In this document: piece after piece, positions 58,461-64,000 of the stretch | Layout of the letters: every line of letters begins with the position of its first letter | Position numbering within the stretch: the first letter of the stretch is position 1 | Origin: Alphaproteobacteria bacterium | GTDB lineage: Bacteria > Pseudomonadota > Alphaproteobacteria > JAJTHO01 > CANGXP01 | Assembly (NCBI GenBank): GCA_947457935.1 | Contig: CANGXP010000001.1 | Coordinates: forward strand, 4,065 to 68,064 | Length of the DNA: 64,000 nucleotides | Reading direction: 5' to 3' | Program-made: the position numbers and the translations under genes | The notes under the pieces: generated by a model | Told to the model about the DNA's origin: nothing | Database searches by the model: none | The model's input: only the letters and a program-made list of their open reading frames with translations

Positions 58461-59803
58461 GCTTTCCGTCCTCTGAGTTTTGATTTCTTAAGCAGTCCTT
58501 CGTACTGATTAGCCACCAAGTGCGAATGAATTTGTGCAACAGTATCCATTGTAACGGAGACAACAATCAAGAGACTTGTCCCCCCAAAATAAAACGGCAA
58601 ACTATATTGCGCGATAAGAAATTCAGGCAACAAACAAATAGCAACTAAATACAAAGCGCCAGCAGCCGTGAGACGTGTCAAAATAGCGTCAAAATATGTT
58701 GCGGTATTTTTACCCGGACGAATTCCCGGGATAAAAGCCCCACTTTTACGCAAGTTTTCCGCTGTTTCAACGGGGTTAAACACAATGGCAGTGTAAAAGT
58801 ACGCGAAAAACACGATGAGAGCGGCATAAATAGCCAAGTACAGCGGTTGACCATGCCCTAACATGGCAGTCAACTGTGTCAACCACTGCGGGGCATTCGC
58901 GCCGCCTTGAAAACCTAAAATTGTCACTGGCAACACCAACAACGAACTGGCAAAAATAGGTGGAATAACTCCTGCTGTGTTGAGTTTCAGCGGCAAGTGC
59001 GTGCTCTCCCCGCCATAGACCTTATTGCCGACCTGACGACGTGGATGATGCACCATAACTTTACGTTGCGCGCGTTCAAAAAACACTATCAGCATCACAA
59101 CGGCTATTGATAACAAGAATATTGCGAGTATCAGCCACTCTTGTATCGCGCCTGCTTGTCCTAAACTCAATAAACTGGCGATGCCTGTAGGTAATCCCGC
59201 AACTATCCCTGCAAAAATAAGCATCGATGTCCCATTGCCAATACCGCGCTCTGTGATTTGCTCACCCAGCCACATTAAAAATACAGTCCCACCAACAAGC
59301 GTTACAACGGTTGTGACACGAAAAAACATGCCTGCATCCTGCACGGCGGCTGCCGTTCCTGCACGCATTCCTTCTAAACCCACGGCAATGGCGTACGCCT
59401 GAAGAGCCGCAAGAATAACTGTCAGGTACCGTGTGTATTGGTTAAGAGTTTTGCGTCCTGATTCGCCTTCTTTTTTCATGGCTTCCCATGAAGGAATGGC
59501 GGCAGTCATCAACTGAATGATAATCGATGCCGAAATGTACGGCATGATGTTGAGCGCAAATACGGACATACGGCTTAACGCACCGCCCGCAAAAGTATCA
59601 AAAATACCGAGAATACCGCCTTGATGTTGCTTAAACATCTGCTCTAGCACGCTCGCATCAATCCCTGGGCAAGGAATGTATGTGCCAAAGCGATATACGA
59701 TCAACGCAAGCACTGTAAACAGAATGCGCTTTTTCAGCTCCGTTGCTTTCGCAAACGACCCAAAATTGATACTTGCAGCAAGTTGCTCGGCGGCTGATGC
59801 CAT
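58457..59803 (-). CDS. secY: Preprotein translocase subunit SecY
   Basis: ALNIMPYISASII, GIGNGTS, AGVIPPIFASS, IPGIRPG, FGGTSLLIVV; start ATG 59803. Confidence 0.98.
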   Translation of the reverse strand: MASAAEQLAASINFGSFAKATELKKRILFTVLALIVYRFGTYIPCPGIDASVLEQMFKQHQGGILGIFDTFAGGALSRMSVFALNIMPYISASIIIQLMTAAIPSWEAMKKEGESGRKTLNQYTRYLTVILAALQAYAIAVGLEGMRAGTAAAVQDAGMFFRVTTVVTLVGGTVFLMWLGEQITERGIGNGTSMLIFAGIVAGLPTGIASLLSLGQAGAIQEWLILAIFLLSIAVVMLIVFFERAQRKVMVHHPRRQVGNKVYGGESTHLPLKLNTAGVIPPIFASSLLVLPVTILGFQGGANAPQWLTQLTAMLGHGQPLYLAIYAALIVFFAYFYTAIVFNPVETAENLRKSGAFIPGIRPGKNTATYFDAILTRLTAAGALYLVAICLLPEFLIAQYSLPFYFGGTSLLIVVSVTMDTVAQIHSHLVANQYEGLLKKSKLRGRKA

Positions 59804-59820
59804 GTTTCGTCCTAACAATC

Positions 59821-60315
59821 TTAAGAAGCGGGCGCTACAGCCTTTTTCATTGCTTTATACGGCTCAAGGGTAATCGTAGCGCCTAGTTTTTCCAAAGCAG
59901 CTTGCGCTGTTTTAGACGCACCAACGGCGACGATTGACACTTTCTGCGTAAGCGTGCCAATCCCCAAAATCTTAAGCCCATCCAGTTCTTGTTTAATAAC
60001 ACCTGCAACAAGTAGGCTATCAATAGTGATAGGCTGCGCTGCATCAATTTTCTTAGCTTCAATCAAATCTTCAATATCTTGCAAATTAAGCACCACAAAG
60101 TTCTTGCGGAAATGGTTCACGAAACCACGTTTTGGCAAACGTCTGTAAAGAGGCATCTGCCCCCCTTCAAAACCGCCGATAGCTACACCCGAACGCGCAG
60201 TCTGCCCTTTACCGCCACGACCGCCTGTTTTGCCTTTGCCACAGCCTATGCCACGTCCAATACGTTTGTATTTGTAACGTGCACCGTCATTATCGCGGAT
60301 TTTATTGAGTTCCAT
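59821..60315 (-). CDS. rplO: 50S ribosomal protein L15
   Basis: GRGIGCGKGKTGGRGGKGQ, FEGGQMPLYRRLPKRGF. Confidence 0.98.
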   Translation of the reverse strand: MELNKIRDNDGARYKYKRIGRGIGCGKGKTGGRGGKGQTARSGVAIGGFEGGQMPLYRRLPKRGFVNHFRKNFVVLNLQDIEDLIEAKKIDAAQPITIDSLLVAGVIKQELDGLKILGIGTLTQKVSIVAVGASKTAQAALEKLGATITLEPYKAMKKAVAPAS

Positions 60316-60333
60316 AACCTAATTCCTTGAATC

Positions 60334-60540
60334 TTACGCGCTTACTTTTACCAAGTGCGCCACTTTGGCAATAAGCCCCCGCACTGAAGGGGTATCTTCT
60401 ACCGTGCGTGTCTTTCCAATCTTTGTCAAACCCAAGCCACGAAGACTCTGGCGCTGGTTTTCCAATGCTCCAATGGTGCTGCGAATCTGCGTTACCACCA
60501 GTGTTTTTTTAGCTTGCTTACTCTGCACCATTACCATCAT
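60334..60540 (-). CDS. rpmD: 50S ribosomal protein L30
   Basis: [24 protein letters not shown]. Confidence 0.95.
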   Translation of the reverse strand: MMVMVQSKQAKKTLVVTQIRSTIGALENQRQSLRGLGLTKIGKTRTVEDTPSVRGLIAKVAHLVKVSA

Positions 60541-61051
60541 CCTCTTTTACTTCTTTATCACGACGTGTCGTAATATCGGAAATTTTCTTAGACCGCTTTG
60601 CAGCAATGAAACGAGGAGAATGCGAATCTTTCAACGCCTCTATTGTCGCCTTAATCATGTTATAGGGATTACTTGATCCTAAAGACTTCGCAACCACATC
60701 TTGAATACCAAGAGTTTCAAACACGGCGCGCATTGGCCCCCCTGCAATAATCCCTGTACCCGCAGGAGCAGAACGCAAAATAACTTTACCCGCACCAAAA
60801 CGCCCGTTCACATCATGATGCAACGTCCGACCATCGCGCAAAGGCACACTAATCATGCTGCCTTTTGCTGATTCGGTTGCTTTACGCACCGCTTCTGGCA
60901 CTTCTTTCGCTTTGCCTGAGCCATAGCCAATCTTGCCACGTCCATCACCCACAACAACTAATGCCGCGAACCCGAAACGACGTCCGCCTTTTACCACTTT
61001 TGCAACGCGGTTAATGGCGACGAGTTTTTCTGTTAATTCTGTATTGCTCAT
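60518..61051 (-). CDS. rpsE: 30S ribosomal protein S5
   Basis: [25 protein letters not shown]. Confidence 0.98.
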   Translation of the reverse strand: MSNTELTEKLVAINRVAKVVKGGRRFGFAALVVVGDGRGKIGYGSGKAKEVPEAVRKATESAKGSMISVPLRDGRTLHHDVNGRFGAGKVILRSAPAGTGIIAGGPMRAVFETLGIQDVVAKSLGSSNPYNMIKATIEALKDSHSPRFIAAKRSKKISDITTRRDKEVKEDDGNGAE

Positions 61052-61059
61052 AATAATCC

Positions 61060-61425
61060 TTAAAACTCCAAGCCGCCTTCGCGTGCACCTTCAGCCAAAG
61101 CTTTGATGCGTCCGTGATAGATATACTGTCCTCTATCGAAGTACACTTTTCCCAAAGCAGCTTTTTTTGCTTTTTCTGCCAATACCACACCCACTTTGCG
61201 TGCAATATCAACAGTCAAGCCTGTTTTACCTGCTCTATCAAACCCTTTTTCTAAAGAGGATGCCGCAACCAAGGTCTTGCTTGCACTATCATCAATGATT
61301 TGCGCATAGATGTTGTTATTACTGCGGTGAACAGACAAACGCAAGGATGTTGTCGCCGTTTGCTTAAGCTTGAAGCGAACACGCTTCGCGCGACGCGCTG
61401 CTTTAATGTTGTGTGCCGTTGCCAT
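61060..61425 (-). CDS. rplR: 50S ribosomal protein L18
   Basis: [36 protein letters not shown]. Confidence 0.98.
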   Translation of the reverse strand: MATAHNIKAARRAKRVRFKLKQTATTSLRLSVHRSNNNIYAQIIDDSASKTLVAASSLEKGFDRAGKTGLTVDIARKVGVVLAEKAKKAALGKVYFDRGQYIYHGRIKALAEGAREGGLEF

Positions 61426-61433
61426 ATCAGTTC

Positions 61434-61973
61434 CTACTTTTTCTTACCTTCTTTACGCAAAATCTTCTCGTTCACATACTTAATGCCTTTGCCTTTGTAC
61501 GGCTCAGGCGGACGGAAACCACGGATTTTTGCTGCAACTTGACCAACTGCCTGTTTGTCAGAGCCTGTTACTGCCAGTAAAGTTTGCTTGTCTACCGCAA
61601 TTTTAATACCTGCGGGAATGGGGAATACAACCTCATGGCTATATCCCAATTGCAATACAAGATTGTTTCCTTGTAAGGCAGCACGATACCCCACACCAAT
61701 AATTTCCATATTGATGGTAAAGCCGTTAGAAATGCCTAACACCATGCCATTCAAAATGCTGCGATTAGTGCCCCACAAGGCACGCGCTTGCGTCGTGTCA
61801 TTTTTCGGTGCAAGCACAATTTTCTTGTCTTCCAACGCAACATCAACCAACGGCGAAACCGCATGGGTCGCGTTGCCTAACTTGCCCTTTAGACTAATAA
61901 CGTTGCCTTCTAGGGATGCTTCTACACCCTGTGGCAGGACAACGGGATTTTTACCAACACGAGACATGACCAA
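61434..61973 (-). CDS. rplF: 50S ribosomal protein L6
   Basis: [20 protein letters not shown]. Confidence 0.98.
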   Translation of the reverse strand: MVMSRVGKNPVVLPQGVEASLEGNVISLKGKLGNATHAVSPLVDVALEDKKIVLAPKNDTTQARALWGTNRSILNGMVLGISNGFTINMEIIGVGYRAALQGNNLVLQLGYSHEVVFPIPAGIKIAVDKQTLLAVTGSDKQAVGQVAAKIRGFRPPEPYKGKGIKYVNEKILRKEGKKK

Positions 61974-61979
61974 ACTTCC

Positions 61980-62378
61980 TTAAAATACTTCGCACAACAC
62001 TTCACCGCCCACGTTCTGAAGGCGGGCTTCTGCATCAGACAGTACCCCCTTAGATGTAGACAGGATAGAAATGCCGAGACCATTGTGAACACGTCCCAAA
62101 GTCTCCATTGCAACATACACACGACGCCCCGGTTTTGAAACCCGTGTCAAACGGCTGATAACAGGCTGACCTTCATGGTACTTTAATTCTACCACGAGCT
62201 CTTCAACACCTTTACGCACCAGCGCTTTGCTATACCCACGCACATAACCCTCGCGTTGCAGTACATCAAGCACGCTTTGTTTTGCACCAGACGCAGGCAC
62301 TTTCACCACGGCGTGCCCTGCTGATTGGGCATTACGCACACGGGTTAATAAGTCTGCAATATTATCACTCATTGACAT
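61980..62378 (-). CDS. rpsH: 30S ribosomal protein S8
   Basis: DNIADLLTRVRNA, SKPGRRVY, STSKGVL, VGGEVL. Confidence 0.98.
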   Translation of the reverse strand: MSMSDNIADLLTRVRNAQSAGHAVVKVPASGAKQSVLDVLQREGYVRGYSKALVRKGVEELVVELKYHEGQPVISRLTRVSKPGRRVYVAMETLGRVHNGLGISILSTSKGVLSDAEARLQNVGGEVLCEVF

Positions 62379-62391
62379 AATACTATTCTTT

Positions 62392-62697
62392 CTACCAGCT
62401 TGCTTTCACAAGACCAGGGATAAGCCCCTGTGAGCCAAGCTGACGCAAGGCAATCCGTGACATTCTAAATTTACGATAATACGCGCGCGGACGCCCTGTA
62501 ATAGAACAACGATTGCGAATGCGTGTTTCTGCAGAGTTGCGCGGCATTTCAGAGATTTTTTGCAACGACGCCATTCTGTCTTCCAGGGACAGATCTTTTT
62601 TCATTAACGTTGCTTTCAATGCCGCACGCTTTGCAGCATACCGCACCGTTAACTCTTGCCGTTTTTTGTTACGCTCAACAGAACACTTCTTCGCCAT
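62392..62697 (-). CDS. rpsN: 30S ribosomal protein S14 (long, zinc-free type)
   Basis: [27 protein letters not shown]. Confidence 0.98.
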   Translation of the reverse strand: MAKKCSVERNKKRQELTVRYAAKRAALKATLMKKDLSLEDRMASLQKISEMPRNSAETRIRNRCSITGRPRAYYRKFRMSRIALRQLGSQGLIPGLVKASW

Positions 62698-62708
62698 TGT
62701 CAGAATTC

Positions 62709-63260
62709 CTAGTTATAGAAAGGGAAACGGAAATGCTTCAGCAAAGATTTTGCTTCAGCATCAGTCTTTGCAGAGGTAACAACAATAATGTCCATCCCCC
62801 ACACTTGATCAATTTTATCGTAGCTAATTTCTGGGAAAATCAGGTGCTCTTTCAAGCCCATTGCGTAATTACCGCGCCCATCAAAAGACTTACCCGACAC
62901 ACCGCGAAAATCGCGCACTCGTGGCAAAGCAATGTTTACTAATCTGTCCACAAACTCATACATACGCTGTCCGCGCAAGGTTACTTTGCAACCGATGGGC
63001 ATATTTTCACGAATTTTAAAGCCCGCGATAGAGTTCTTGGTACGTGTAATCACAGGCTGTTGCCCTGCAATCAGCTTCAAGTCTTCTGCTGCGGCCTTGA
63101 CTTTCTTAGAATCTTGCACCGCTTCACCCACACCCATGTTGATAACAACCTTAGTAAGGCGTGGCACAGCCATCACATTTTTATAGCCAAACTCTTGGGT
63201 GAGTTTATGCCGAATATCTTTTTCGTATTGTTCTGCTAACCGACTCATGTCGCGCCTCAT
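62709..63260 (-). CDS. rplE: 50S ribosomal protein L5
   Basis: [30 protein letters not shown]. Confidence 0.98.
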   Translation of the reverse strand: MRRDMSRLAEQYEKDIRHKLTQEFGYKNVMAVPRLTKVVINMGVGEAVQDSKKVKAAAEDLKLIAGQQPVITRTKNSIAGFKIRENMPIGCKVTLRGQRMYEFVDRLVNIALPRVRDFRGVSGKSFDGRGNYAMGLKEHLIFPEISYDKIDQVWGMDIIVVTSAKTDAEAKSLLKHFRFPFYN

Positions 63261-63586
63261 TTACTCTGTTCGATAACCGCGCCAGACTTCTTAGCGACGC
63301 GTGTCTTGGTACCATTTTCAATCTTGTAGCCCACGCGGGTTGGCTTACCGCTTGTGGGGTCTAGCAATGCAACATTAGAAACGTGAATAGTGCTTTCTTT
63401 TGTTACAATGCCGCCTTCGTTACCCATGCTTGGCTTGGTGTGACGCTTTACGATATTCACACCTTCAACAATAATCCGCGCTTCACTCGGAATGACTTTG
63501 AGAATTTTGCCTGTACGACCTTTGTCTTTGCCCGTTAGGACTTGTACAATGTCATTCTTTTTAACTTTAAATTTTGGAGCAGTCAT
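63257..63586 (-). CDS. rplX: 50S ribosomal protein L24
   Basis: [27 protein letters not shown]. Confidence 0.98.
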   Translation of the reverse strand: MTAPKFKVKKNDIVQVLTGKDKGRTGKILKVIPSEARIIVEGVNIVKRHTKPSMGNEGGIVTKESTIHVSNVALLDPTSGKPTRVGYKIENGTKTRVAKKSGAVIEQSK

Positions 63587-63954
63587 TAGAGCACCTCTGG
63601 CGCAAGAGAGATAATTTTCATGTATTTCTTCGCCCGCAACTCGCGTGTTACAGGTCCAAAAATACGCGTTCCGATTGGCTCGCCTTGCTTGTTAATAATA
63701 ACAGCCGCATTGCGATCAAATTTAATAACACTGCCATCTGTGCGGCGGATGCTATTCACCGTGCGCACCACAACAGCGCGATGCACATCGCCTTTTTTTA
63801 CTTTGCCGCGTGGAATCGCTTCTTTAATAGAAACAACAATAATTTCCCCAACGGCTGCAGTGCGTTTCTTAGAACCCCCGATGACTTTGATACACTGAAC
63901 CACTTTGGCTCCCGAGTTATCTGCCACATCAAGACGTGTTTGCATCTGTATCAT
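63586..63954 (-). CDS. rplN: 50S ribosomal protein L14
   Basis: [36 protein letters not shown]. Confidence 0.99.
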   Translation of the reverse strand: MIQMQTRLDVADNSGAKVVQCIKVIGGSKKRTAAVGEIIVVSIKEAIPRGKVKKGDVHRAVVVRTVNSIRRTDGSVIKFDRNAAVIINKQGEPIGTRIFGPVTRELRAKKYMKIISLAPEVL

Positions 63955-64000
63955 AACGTTAACCTTAAATTTTCTACCTACGCCGCCGCTGTTTGCGCTT

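Noticed and set aside
63978-64000. Possible 3' end of rpsQ (AQTAAA*)
   Set aside because: Expected from operon order, but six codons are too few to support a call

Overview
Chromosomal window from an alphaproteobacterium (ldtR, cobST, CtrA-type boxes, NrdR boxes, alphaproteobacterial r-protein order). It is mostly housekeeping: two hybrid sensor kinases, cobST, fieF, dnaE, lolCD, ldtR, hemB, mfd, recG, dusA, split mnmC, nrdAB, glnA/glnB, metC, hisI, rluC, crcB, degQ, and the alpha and spc ribosomal operons. The standout is a 15.6-kb minus-strand VirB/VirD4-type secretion locus (15258-30834) with no relaxase or integrase in the window and a non-canonical parts list. It has three pilin genes carrying four VirB2 domains, two Cys-rich secreted paralogues where virB5/virB6 normally sit, and a secretin-like lipoprotein between virB9 and virB10. 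Its VirB10 starts with a lipoprotein signal and an Ig-like domain, and a perfect CtrA box lies just upstream of the locus. The window also holds several small repeat families and inserts. A ~130-bp TA-targeting palindromic MITE (RPE-like) has three copies plus a relative; one copy destroyed the hemB stop codon and one supplies the adk C-terminus. Heptamer-armed hairpins overlap the cobT and lolD stops, the dnaE start and the nrdA leader. Two TTGAC-(AT)n promoter-like sites sit in front of tiny orphan ORFs, and a toxin-antitoxin cassette is wedged between nrdA and nrdB. All family assignments come from motif recognition by eye; no database searches were run.
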